DNA from: Octopus vulgaris
Taxonomy: Eukaryota
DNA length: 64,000 nucleotides
Assembly (NCBI GenBank): GCA_951406725.2
Contig: OX597815.1
Location: forward strand, 198,710,001-198,774,000
Direction of reading: 5' to 3'
Below, piece by piece: positions 42,405 to 55,277 of this stretch. Both the position numbers and the translations under genes were made by a program. Each line of letters begins with the position of its first letter. Within the stretch, counting starts at the first letter, position 1. Below the pieces are notes generated by a model that made no database searches, was not told the origin of the DNA, and worked only from the letters and a program-made list of their open reading frames with translations.

Positions 42405-42590
42405 ATGGCGATTTTTTTCCTTTGTCTTCCCTTCTTTGGATCTTTCCTTCTATGTTTCCGACGAAGAGCTCCGTTCGAAACGTTAAACCCTCCTTCTTTC
42501 CTTCTTTCCTTAGCGTTCAATAATAGTATATTTGTTCCACGTCCTCGCGTTGTTGTGTTTTTTTGTGCTTTCTTGTTTGGATTAACTTTA
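42405..42590 (+). mobile_element. Short repeat with minimal hammerhead motif at 42454-42488
   Basis: GUUU-CCGACGA-A-GAGC-ucc-GUUC-GAAACGUU-AAAC: stems I and II pair, core U4 reads C; bounded by (TA)n. Confidence 0.62.
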
Positions 42591-43774
42591 TATATATATA
42601 TATATATATTGCGCATATCAATCCAGTTCATAAAATTATGAAAAGGACAAAGGCAGCACAGTGAGGGGTCGGGTAACGAAAGAAGTCTCTGATTTAAGTA
42701 GGAAATTAAAAATGCCACCCGGGCAAACAAGAAGGTTTACAATGTATGGCTTGGAAACAGAAACTGAAAAACGGACAGAGTGGCTAAGTTGCAGAATCCC
42801 CTCACAGATTCGTTCCTAACCTGAAACGCCATATTATTAATCCCTCAAGGACTGAGATAGCGATTTCAAGGGACCATATTTTCGATGCTCTCAACTATGA
42901 CGTGAGAAGAGCTACAGAAGTGACACGATGGGATTACAGAAACACTGTATTCAAGTCCTTCAGCGGTATCAATTCAATTCAATTTTTATTGGCTCAAAAA
43001 GCAAAAGCAAGGCCATGTAAGGGGACAAAGAGTTTAGGCCATTTCTGTGAATTATGCATTCACAAACTACAGAAACCCCAATGCTAATCTGTCAGTACGT
43101 ATAATACTACTGTTGGATAGCACTGGGTGCAATCAGAAGGTGGAGGAGCTCTATACTCTACTTAACTGCATTCTTAACAGAATATAACCTAACTACCTAT
43201 ATATGTATGTGTATGTGTGTGTATGTATGTATACTAAATTTGACAGCTTGCCCGATATAACTTGTGTCTATAACTTCGTAAATTTCTTGTATATATTTGT
43301 TAACTAATCCTCTATTGGAAACAAACAACTCGATTACCATCAATTTTTCATTCCTCTATTTTTACAAATATTTGATGGATGTCCTTCCTAATCTTCAGAC
43401 ATTTACTTCTGAATGATATAACCAATTGACAGTTTAAAGATTTAGATATTGTTATTTAAATAACGTAATTTAGTGTCTTTCGCTATTTGCAATATATCAG
43501 TCGTTAAATTCTTTTATTTTCTCCTTTCCTGCTTGCTTTCATTGACAAATCATTTGAACACATTGATCAACTGATGAGATGTAATGAGATTTGATAAACG
43601 ATGTCGTCAGCTCGTACGAACTTAAGTTTCCTAAAATAATATTCGTTGGAATTTGAAAGATGCTTACCTTCAACGGTTTTCATATTCTCACTTAAGGTAT
43701 AATTTGAAATATGATCTTAGAGTTTCTTTTGCTAATTCTAACGAAGGTTTATATATCCTTATGTAATGATTATT

Positions 43775-44177
43775 TTTAATTTCTATACAAGGCCTGAATT
43801 TTGGGGTGTTGGTAGTGGTATAGTCGATTACATCACCCCTAGTATTATCGACCCTGAAAAGGTGAAGAGCAAAATCGATCGCGGTGGAATTTGAACACAT
43901 AACGTTTAAGACTGACAATATAACATTAAATGTTTTGTCCGGTGTGCTAACAATTTTGCCAGCTCACCACCTTTTACCGTTTTACAATAATTATCTCTAC
44001 TACAGGCAAAACACCTGAAAAATACGTAGGAAGGTGTAAAATCGATCACATCTTTCCCATTACTTAACTGGTAATTTTTTATCGACCCCAAAAGGATGAA
44101 TGCCAAAATCGACTTTGAGAAATTTAAACTCAGAGCATTTTGTCCGGCGCGCTAACGAATTTTCCAGCTCGTCGCCT
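43775..44177 (-). mobile_element. Two adjacent older SINE family B copies
   Basis: Cores ATCGACCCTGAAAAGGTGAAG and ATCGACCCCAAAAGGATGAA; heads end CCAGCTCACCACC and CCAGCTCGTCGCC. Confidence 0.75.
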
Positions 44178-44190
44178 GTAGAGAAATAGT

Positions 44191-44230
<40 letters not shown>

Positions 44231-44446
44231 ACTATTTTTATACTTTTAAATATTTGTTGTGCAAGATTTTTTATGTGAAGTCGTGTGTTGAAACAGATAT
44301 TGTTATATTTCGGAATGGTCATATTGCCAGTTTAGCCAATAAAAACACACGCACTATATATTTGGTGTTATTTTGCTTCAGTGATATTGATTTTTTACAT
44401 TAATCTTAATCTTATTTCGGCCATACATATATATATACAACTATCT

Positions 44447-44501
<55 letters not shown>

Positions 44502-44522
44502 GAGAGAGAGAGGGGGAGAGAG

Positions 44523-45494
44523 ACTTGGTTATTTAGCAATAGCATGATTTGTTTCATGGCAAAATTTTACTGCGTTTCTTTGATCCCAGGTCCGCTTTGA
44601 TCAAACAGATCTATGATTAAAGCGTTCCAGGTAAAACCAACTCGCCATATTTTCAGAAAAAAAAAAAAAAAGAAAAAAGAAACGAATTCACGGTGGGATT
44701 ATTCAAAATGGCCTTATAATTTTTATTATGGTAACGAGGGTCTTTGTGAGAGGAAAATTTGACTGTTATTTCTAGATATTAACACTACTGCATCATTGAA
44801 TCGTCCCCAACGCCTACACTGTCTTTAACGGAAAAACCTGGAGCTAAAGCTGTTTTAGCTATGATCATCTCGTCGTCTCTATATCTACATTGCCTAATGT
44901 CTCATCACTTCCGTTAAGAGAATAGGCTGCAGTTTCAGGCAGATTTGATTGCCAATTCCTACAAAGTCGACCGACCGCGAACAAATCACTCCTTGACTCA
45001 TGATATTTCATATTTTGTTAAGACGCCATTTTAAAATATACGTTGGAATACTTTTGTAAATTTATATATATATATATATGTATACACGGCTGTGTATGAT
45101 TTTATATTGAAGAATTTATTTCTCAAAACAATTCCTACGTTGATTTTCACGTTTTATTTCCAATCTTATAATAATATAATATAAGGAAATGATAGCATAT
45201 TAAATGTTCATTTTTATTGAACTAGTACTTTCATGCATTAAACTATGCAATCTTCAGGTTCCTGTAGTACTGGTACCTTGTAAAACGTAACTGTCACCAC
45301 TACAACTACATATAGCTGAAGATTGCATAGTTTAATGCATGAAAGTACTAGTTCAATCAGAATGGACATTTAATATTCTATCATTTCATTATATTGTATT
45401 ATATTACATTATATTATATTATATTATATTATATTATATATCTATAAGATTGTAAATAAAACGTGAAAATCAGAGTTGAAATTTTTTTAAGTAA

Positions 45495-45538
<44 letters not shown>

Positions 45539-45805
45539 CAAACATAAATACATACATACATATACCGTTTGGGAATTTAGTACATATTTTTCTACTCGAC
45601 CGTTTGTGTCTTTTTTTCCGATCGCTTGTTTATTGCTATACGTGTTTGACTTATGGAGATATTATTCACCTAAAGCAAAGCAACATTTACTTTTTAACCT
45701 GTATATATACGTCTATATATATGTATATATACCTACATATATATATGCATACATATATATGTATATATATATATATATATATATACATACATATATATAT
45801 ATACA

Positions 45806-45865
<60 letters not shown>

Positions 45866-46254
45866 GGTAGGTATATGAATGTATGTACGTATATACATAT
45901 GTTTGTATGTACATATATGCATATGTACGTATGAACATATACATACACATTAGATCCACATACACGCGAGCTAAGTAGTCAGATCTTAACTTAACGTTGT
46001 TCTAGTTAAGTTGCATGAAAATGTATTTACAAATATACAATTTTCCCTTAGATATATTTTATATGTGGATTATATTCTTGTTTTAGACATTTAGTTAGCT
46101 AGATATATAGATAGATAGGCAGATAAATAGACAGATAGTTTTATCGATAGATAGATAGATGGGTAGATAGATAGATACGTAGATAGCTAGATAACTAGCT
46201 AGCTAGCTATATAGATAGATAGATAGATATATACATACATACATACATACGTAC

Positions 46255-46301
<47 letters not shown>

Positions 46302-46334
46302 TATACATACATACATACATACATACATACATAC

Positions 46335-46389
<55 letters not shown>

Positions 46390-46482
46390 CATGCATACAT
46401 ACATACATACGTACATAGATAGATAGATAGATAGATACATACATACATACATACATACGTACATAGATAGATAGATAGATAT

Positions 46483-46577
<95 letters not shown>

Positions 46578-47083
46578 CTTGGTTATTTAGCAATAGCATG
46601 ATTTGTTTCATGGCAAAATTTTACTGCGTTTCTTTGATCCCAGGTCCGCTTTGATCAAACAGATCTATGATTAAAGCGTTCTAACTAAAACCAACTCGCC
46701 ATATTTTCAGAAAAACGAATTCACGGTGGGATCATTCAAAATGACCTTATAATTTTTATTATGGTAACGAGGGTCTTTGTTAGTGGAAAAGTTGACTGTT
46801 ATTTCTAGTTAGTAACACTACTAAGGAAAAACGGCTTCATTGACTCGCTCCAACGCCGCCGACACTGTTTCTAACGGTAAAACCTGCAGCTAAAGCTGTT
46901 TTAGCTATGATCATCTCGTCGTCTCTATATCTACATTGCCTAATGTCTCATCACTTCCGTTAAGAGAATAGGCTGCAATTTCAGGAAGATTTGATTGCCA
47001 ATTTCTACAAAGTCGACCGACCGCGAACAAATCACTCCTTGCCTCATGATATTTCATGTTTAGTTAAGACGCCATTTTAAAAT
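44523..47083. repeat. ~510-bp direct duplication (44523-45037 and 46577-47083)
   Basis: Both start ACTTGGTTATTTAGCAATAGCATG and end GACGCCATTTTAAAAT, with scattered differences. Confidence 0.92.
45141..45472. mobile_element. Inverted-repeat element with two outward-facing hammerhead motifs
   Basis: Arms 45141-45257 and 45316-45472 are reverse complements; minus HHR at 45219-45261 GAAC-CUGAAGA-U-UGCAU..AUGCA-U-GAAAGUACU-A-GUUC; plus copy at 45316-45354. Confidence 0.8.
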
Positions 47084-47482
47084 TGCAAGCACTATTTGAA
47101 GTTTTCCTTTTTATGTTGATCATATTTGGTTGTTCGTGTTGTTCTGATCTACCATGTTGTTTTTGCGCATTTGGGAGGAAATTTTTGTGTGTTTATTTTG
47201 TTTATATATATATATGCCTATTAGCTGCATTCCTGTGTGATATTCTGATTGTGTATATTTGTTCATAAAAAGAAAGCATTAGCGATGGAACCTGCTATAA
47301 AAACTTTGGATACAGCAGCTCCATCTGCCCACGTGATCTAAGAGAAATCAATATCTTTGCTATCTCTTTGCATGCTTTTTTTCTCTCTTTTTTTATTACC
47401 ATCTATCGCTAAAAATATAAATACATACATAAACATTCTTACATACATAAATATACATAATATCTATACGTACATATATATA

Positions 47483-47525
<43 letters not shown>

Positions 47526-47691
47526 TTACATATAAATATATGTATATATATGTATGTATATATGAATAGTTATATATACCTATATATATAATTACATATG
47601 TATCTATACTTAGATATTCATACCTATATGTATAACATATATATTTATATATAATATATGTGTATGTATATATATATATATAGACACACAA

Positions 47692-47782
<91 letters not shown>

Positions 47783-48361
47783 CACACATACATATATATA
47801 CAAATTATTTATACCTGCTTATCACTGATGTGTGTATGTTAATGTATGCATGTATATATTTACGTCTTTATCTATGTACATATATATGTACATATATATA
47901 TATATGTATGTATATTTATAAATATATTGAAAGAGGGAGATATAGACATCTCTTATCTGTATGTGTGTACGTGTATTCATGTACGTGTATTCATGTGTGT
48001 GTACGTGTATTCATGTACGTGTGTGTGTGTGTGCGCACGCATGGTACTGTATACAGAAACCTACATAACATTTTCATTGTTTTCCTCATTGCCACTTGAA
48101 GCAAGTAGGAAAACATCATAAATTTATCGATAGGTCAAGAAATAGCATTATCAATAGCACGTAATACTTACACACTTATTTATCTTCGATCATCTTGCCC
48201 CCTTTTTCCATATCTTTCACGGAATCATTCCCTATCTAGCCTCAATTACTTTCCGTATCTCTCCCTTCCTCTAATTCTCCTACTCTGTCCGCTAATCTCA
48301 CTCAATCTAACAAATACCCTATTCTTTTCTTTTAGTGTGTTTTATTTTTATATGGTTCCAC

Positions 48362-48424
<63 letters not shown>

Positions 48425-48464
48425 TATTATTATTACTATTATTATTATTATTATTATCATCATC

Positions 48465-48583
<119 letters not shown>

Positions 48584-48783
48584 CATTATTATTATTATTA
48601 TTATCATCATCATAATCATCATCATCATCATTATCGTCGCCGTCGTCATTTCAATTATAATCACGCCATTTTTATATGAATATATATGTATATTCACGTA
48701 CGATATATATATATATCTACATATATGTATGTATATGTGTACACACATATATATATCTATATATGTTTATCTATCTATCTAGC

Positions 48784-48842
<59 letters not shown>

Positions 48843-48844
<2 letters not shown>

Positions 48845-48901
48845 CTGTAAGGAGTTAACAACAGCATAGGCAACACAAAACAATGTTCACATAATAAAAG
48901 C

Positions 48902-48936
<35 letters not shown>

Positions 48937-49016
48937 ATACATATATATATATAGTTATTACTATGAACATTGTTTTGTGTTGCCATTGTTATTGTTGTTG
49001 TTAACTCCTTTCAGTT
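48843..49016. repeat. Inverted repeat centred on a (TA)/(TG) microsatellite
   Basis: AACTGTAAGGAGTTAACAACA..GGCAACACAAAACAATGTTCA / TGAACATTGTTTTGTGTTGCC..TGTTGTTAACTCCTTTCAGTT. Confidence 0.8.
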
Positions 49017-49418
49017 TATTTATTTCCATCACATTTCTAATATAAGTTCCTTCCCCTCCACCCCATCCTATACATCTCCTTCTCGGTATTTCTATTATTA
49101 ATTTCGCAACATGCATACATCTTTCTCAGTTGTCATGTTTACTACCAATTCAAATATCATCTGAGCATGTACTACTAGCAAACCAAGCTTTGGGGCACGC
49201 AGTTTGCCATACAGAGACTACCAGCTGCCGCTAAGAGTTGTTCGGCAACAGACTTTTAGATCGATGGTTACTACACATGCAAATACAGCTAAGAATACAG
49301 ATAAACGTATTTATGTTCATGAACAGCATAAACATGCTTATATATATATATAAATATATATATCATAAATATCATATATATCATATATATATATATATAT
49401 ATCATATATATCATATAT

Positions 49419-49475
<57 letters not shown>

Positions 49476-49571
49476 TATATCATATATATATGTATGTATA
49501 CACACACATATATGTATATATATATGTATGTATATATATTTCCATATACACACGCATATTAATGTATATAC

Positions 49572-49651
<80 letters not shown>

Positions 49652-49940
49652 ATACGTACAAACGCTTATGCGCACGTACACTCATACATAAATTTATAGA
49701 TCTCATTACATACTTTGGGAAATAATTGAATTCGTGTATGAATGCTCATAAACATTAATAAATTCACATTTATATAGACATATTTCTTCCTGCATAATAA
49801 TAAGCGCGACTAGAGATAGCTGTCTGGTTAAGAAGTATACTTCGAAATCATGCGATTTTGGATTTGGATCCCATTGTTTGACACCTTCTGTTAGACAATA
49901 TGTATTTTAAACACACACACGTACACGCATGCATGTATAT

Positions 49941-50030
<90 letters not shown>

Positions 50031-50147
50031 GTATGTATGAAGTAAGAACAGCATATTCTTTGTCTATCTCCTTAACTTCTTGGAGATTTTAGGTATAATT
50101 ATACTAATAAGTCAATCTGTTCTAATTTAATTAAATTATGTGTCTTT

Positions 50148-50226
50148 GTGCAGCTGAAGATTGCTCTGCATTTTAATTTGATGTAATGATTGCATTGTTC
50201 AATTGCATGAAACGATCGTACTGCAT
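50148..50226 (+). ncRNA. Type-I hammerhead ribozyme, intact core, GUA cleavage triplet
   Basis: GUGCAG-CUGAAGA-U-UGC...GCA-U-GAA-ACGAUCGU-A-CUGCAU: 6-bp stem I, 8-nt palindromic stem III. Confidence 0.82.
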
Positions 50227-50716
50227 TACCTCCGGGTATCCTTGTTCCTTATTTTGATTTTAATCACTTTAATTTGAAATTGTATAGATAATACCGTATT
50301 AAATTGTGGTGCCTCAACTTAAGTATATACCTTGTATAGTTTACGTTTTCTGTCACTAGAGTGAGTTAATACTGCAGCACAGCCTTGAAAATATTTAGTG
50401 GAATGAATCGACCCCAGTACTTGTTATTGTTAAGCCTGTTATTTATTTTATCGTATTCTTTGCCAATCCGGTAACTGGGACGTAAACACACCAATACCAG
50501 TTGTCAACCGTGAGTAAGAGCCAATGGATATAATAGAAATACTTGCCGAAGGTACCATGCAGTGGGACTGAACCAGAAATGTGGTGAGGAGCCAAGCTTC
50601 CTACCATGATGTGTGTGTGCCTGTGTGAGTGTCTTTGTGTGTGTCCGTGCATGGATATTTGTCTCTGAGTGCGATAGATGTATATATAGGTATTGGTATA
50701 TACGTATGTACATGAG

Positions 50717-50761
<45 letters not shown>

Positions 50762-50948
50762 ATAGATGTATTGTCAGAGAGAGAGGGACAGAAAACAAGT
50801 GAGAGAGAGGGGGAGAGAGAGAGATACATGATTTAAAAATGTATGAATGTACATTCTCTACCTCATAACCCAAGCTGTGGCTAATTGAATCCTGTCACCA
50901 GCATTGTGTTTTGTCACAAGTGATTTGAATTTCAAACACATTCGTATA

Positions 50949-51403
50949 CATTAATCCCTCGCCATATCACGGTTCACCTATCGCGGTTTGTTATTTAGGC
51001 TTACGCCGATTCCTCCGTGGAATTGTTTTACATTTATAATAAAATAAATTTATACAAATTATAAAAATAATAAAAAATATACATATATACATATATGTGT
51101 GTTTGTGTGTCTGTGTTTGTCTCCCTAGCATTGCTTGACAACCGATGCTGGTGTGTTTACGTCCCCGTCGCCTAGCGGTTCGGCAAAAAAGACCGATAGA
51201 ATAAGTACTGGGCTTACAAAGAATAAGTCCCGGGGTCGATTTCCTCGACTAAAGGCGGTGCTCCAGCATGGCCGCAGTCAAATGACTGAAACGAATAAAA
51301 GAGTAAAAGAGTATATGCACTATAGTACTGTTTCTACTTCCCGGATTTTCACATATCGCATGGATTTTGAAACGTAATACCGGCGATAGTCAAGGGATTA
51401 CTG
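50949..51403. mobile_element. Tigger/pogo-like MITE with TA TSD, carrying a SINE A 3' half (51095-51312)
   Basis: ta-CATTAATCCCTCGCCATATC ... GATAGTCAAGGGATTACTG-ta. Confidence 0.7.
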
Positions 51404-51621
51404 TACACATTTATAACCGTATACTGTATTATAAGTAACAATGCAGTATTGGCAAATTAGTTGAACTAATCAGAAAACTACAGTGCAGATATTATTTAAT
51501 CGTTGCAGATATGCGTGATGGCCTAAAAAGCGCCACATAGTTGGCGGCTTACATTGCTCTGTACTTTGATCGTAATGAGAAGGTCTGGTATAGATGTCAG
51601 TCACCATTATTGCTCTCGCAG

Positions 51622-51830
51622 AAGCCAGCGAGCTGACAGAATTGTTAGTATGTCGGGCGAAATGCTTAGCAGTATTTCGTCTGTCGTTACCATTCTGAAT
51701 TCAAATTCTTCCAGGGTCCACTTTGCCTTTCATCCTTTCGGGTCCGTGAAAATAAGTACCAGTCGACGTAATAGACTCATCCCCTCCCACCAAATTGCTG
51801 TCCTTGTGGCAAAATTTGAAACTATTATTA
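51622..51830 (+). mobile_element. SINE family B, older copy
   Basis: GCGAGCTGACAGAATTGTTAG...CTTTGCCTTTCATCCTTTCGGG. Confidence 0.75.
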
Positions 51831-52350
51831 TTCTCGCACTCTCATTTCCTGACTGGTGGCAACGATGGCCGAGAGGATTAGGCGTATACTATGCATCCAG
51901 TTAGACGACAAGTGAGATTTTCATCCATCGCAAGATTATGAATTAAACGTCTCAAAGTAATGTTGCTGGATATTGCCTATCTACTTAATGATAGTGGACA
52001 ATCTTTGAGTAGGTTACAAAAGATCAGTACTTCAGTATCAACGCGATACCCATTGGAAATATTGTGCAATTATTTAAATAACTTAACTGAAATGTGAAGA
52101 CTCTTCGGCTATCCGAGTTTAGCTAGCCTATCAATACCATTGTCCAGGACGCAGCACACAGTCGCTTATAAAAGTTTGAAGAACTCTAACCAGGATAGAG
52201 TTGGATGCTAGTGGCTAGCAAAAGGGTAAATGAGTTGCACGAAAAGAAACTGGCATGGCATCTACTACCGCATGTCTCGTACATACAAAAATCAGTTTAT
52301 GGTATTTTATCAAATATTTATATATTCTAAATTGTTTCACTGTAACATCG

Positions 52351-52549
52351 AAGTCTTGTCAAAAGGTCTGTTTCTCAACCGTATGTGAGTATCCACACAC
52401 ACACGCACATACAGACACACACATATAAATATGTATTTATATAAATATATATATATATATATATATACATATTTATATGTGTGTGTGTGTGTATGTGCAT
52501 GTGTGTGTTGATACTCACATAGGTTTGAGAAACAGACCTTTTGACAAGA

Positions 52550-52552
<3 letters not shown>
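52351..52552. repeat. Inverted repeat centred on (CA)(TA)(TG) microsatellites
   Basis: AAGTCTTGTCAAAAGGTCTGTTTCTCAA.C.TATGTGAGTATC / GATACTCACATAGGTTTGAGAAACAGACCTTTTGACAAGACTT; smaller IR at 52779-52850. Confidence 0.85.
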
Positions 52553-52586
<34 letters not shown>

Positions 52587-53533
52587 AAAGTTTACGAAAA
52601 ATACAAAAGACGAAGACAGGTGTTGTACAAAACAAAGATGTATTAGTATAACGCTTAGGAATAGAAGAAGTCTTTTACGTATTGAGCCTACGCTCTTTAA
52701 TATTAGGAATATGATTCCAAACTTACAGGGAACAATTCAATTTAGTAATACTAAATCATATTTCACAATATATAATATATGTATATAAATCAGAGAAGAA
52801 CCACCATGTAGCAATTCAACAATTGTGGTTCTTCTCTAATTTATATACATTTATATATTTATGTGTGTGTGTGTTTGTGCGTGTCTGTTTGTGTGAGTGT
52901 ACTAGGTACATCGGTATGCATATTCATTTTCTTTGAGTTTTATTTAAGTTCTTAAATTTCAAGCCGGTCATTAACAAAACAACAAAACTTTTTTGAATCG
53001 AAAGTGTTCCTAGTCTTTGTAAATAAATGTCGATTCACACATCCAATTATGGATTTCCCTTTACCTAAAGATTCTCAGATAAAGAATTTTTGGATTTCAA
53101 TTTTCACTAAGCCAGTAACTGAATGGATCTGGAGAATAACCATCAGTTTCTGTTTATCCTTCCTCGAAAAACCTCTATGTATGAATGAATGTATGATTGT
53201 ATGTATGTATATATGTATGTTTGTATGTATCTATGCATATATGTATATATTTATGTACGCATGCATGTATGTTTGTATGTACGACGCACAATTAATGAAT
53301 GCCAGGCAACAGGAGCTGTGTTACCACGTTCACTGGCTAACGGTTTTTCTGCAATAGGAAGCAACATCATATAGCTTCTTCGGAGCCATGAATTTGACAT
53401 TATGTTCTATATTTTCCTGACACTTTCCTCTAAAGCATCTAAAGCATAAACTTATTCAGTATACTGGCTTTAGTATCATATTATTTTGAAGCAAAATCAT
53501 ACATACATATAGATATGTAAAATATACATACAT

Positions 53534-53670
<137 letters not shown>

Positions 53671-53673
53671 TAT

Positions 53674-54002
53674 AATTTCGGACAAGCAAATTCATAATTC
53701 ATACAGATGTATTCACATAACCACATATTTATATCAAGACTTAGATGATAAACATATAGAAATATAACGAACCCCTTAAAACTTTTCTGAAACGGCCGTA
53801 GGTTTGGACTGATACTTTCAATTACTTCCTTCAATTTATTCTAGCTATATTTTCTACTTTCATTTACACCTTATATTTTTTTATGTTTATATTCTTATAT
53901 TTCTATTTTCTTATCTCTTTGTCTTAATATAAATATGTGGTTATTTGAATGGATTATATCTCATGTCACACATCTGAATTATGAATTTACTTGTCTTAAA
54001 TT
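53674..54002. mobile_element. Inverted-repeat element enclosing a half-hammerhead (GAAACGGCCGUA at 53789-53800)
   Basis: Arms GACAAGCAAATTCATAATTCA..ATAACCACATATTTATAT / ATATAAATATGTGGTTAT..TGAATTATGAATTTACTTGTC. Confidence 0.65.
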
Positions 54003-54278
54003 TTAAGAGAAATATCCGGTATTTTTATCTTATGCCAAATTTTATTAATCTTTAGCTTATGTACGAGCGGGAAAATGTTGTACTATATACTGAAGCTTTA
54101 TCTCCATAAAAATTATCATATATATATATATATACGTGAGTAAGAACGTAATGCTATATAACGTAGTGACAATAGTGCAAGAATATCTGGGTTAAAGTAA
54201 TATGCTTTTTATTAAAATTGCAAAATCTCAAAACTGTTGGAGAAGCAGCATCAATATATATACTTTTGTATGTATATA

Positions 54279-54323
<45 letters not shown>

Positions 54324-54742
54324 GTATGTATGTTTGTTTGTATGCATATATGTATATATATATACCTATTTACATATATATGTATATATATTAATATTTA
54401 CATATCGATGTATATATATATATGCATGTATATAAATATGCATATATACATATTTATATTTATATGTATATATGTATGTATATATGTATATATGCAAATT
54501 TACATATCTATGTATATATATGTATGTATATATACATATTTACAAATCTATGTGCATATATATATATGTATGTATATATATATATATATATATATACATA
54601 CCTTTTTAACAATTTTTTTTGTATACATGTATATATGTTTGCGTATATATAAATATATGTAAGTATGTATATATACATATTTACATATCTATATATATAT
54701 ATATGTACATATGTATATATATATATATGTATATATGAATGC

Positions 54743-54810
<68 letters not shown>

Positions 54811-55188
54811 GTATATACATTTCTGTGTGTGTGTGTATCTGTGTCTGCGTATTATATTAAGGCTTTGTATATTTCTTTGAGCATAATGATTGTCTCCATC
54901 GCTATTCTGATTTTGACGTTTCAGTTTTTAAGAACGTAAAACAATAATATAAAAGAGAAGAAAAAACCCACAAAGTTAGCCACGAATTTCGCAGAACAGA
55001 ATCGAGTTGAGAGATAGCTACAAATAAAAGGAATAAAACCACATTACATATATTGACTACTTTTTTGTCCCATTTGTAAATTCAAACGCCAATACATGCA
55101 TATACATACACATACTCACACTCATATACGTATATATACATATATATATACATATATATACATACATATATATATACATATATATATT

Positions 55189-55277
<89 letters not shown>

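Noticed and set aside
43571-43612. CTGATGA...AAACGATGTCGTC
   Set aside because: No GAAA and no convincing stems I/II.
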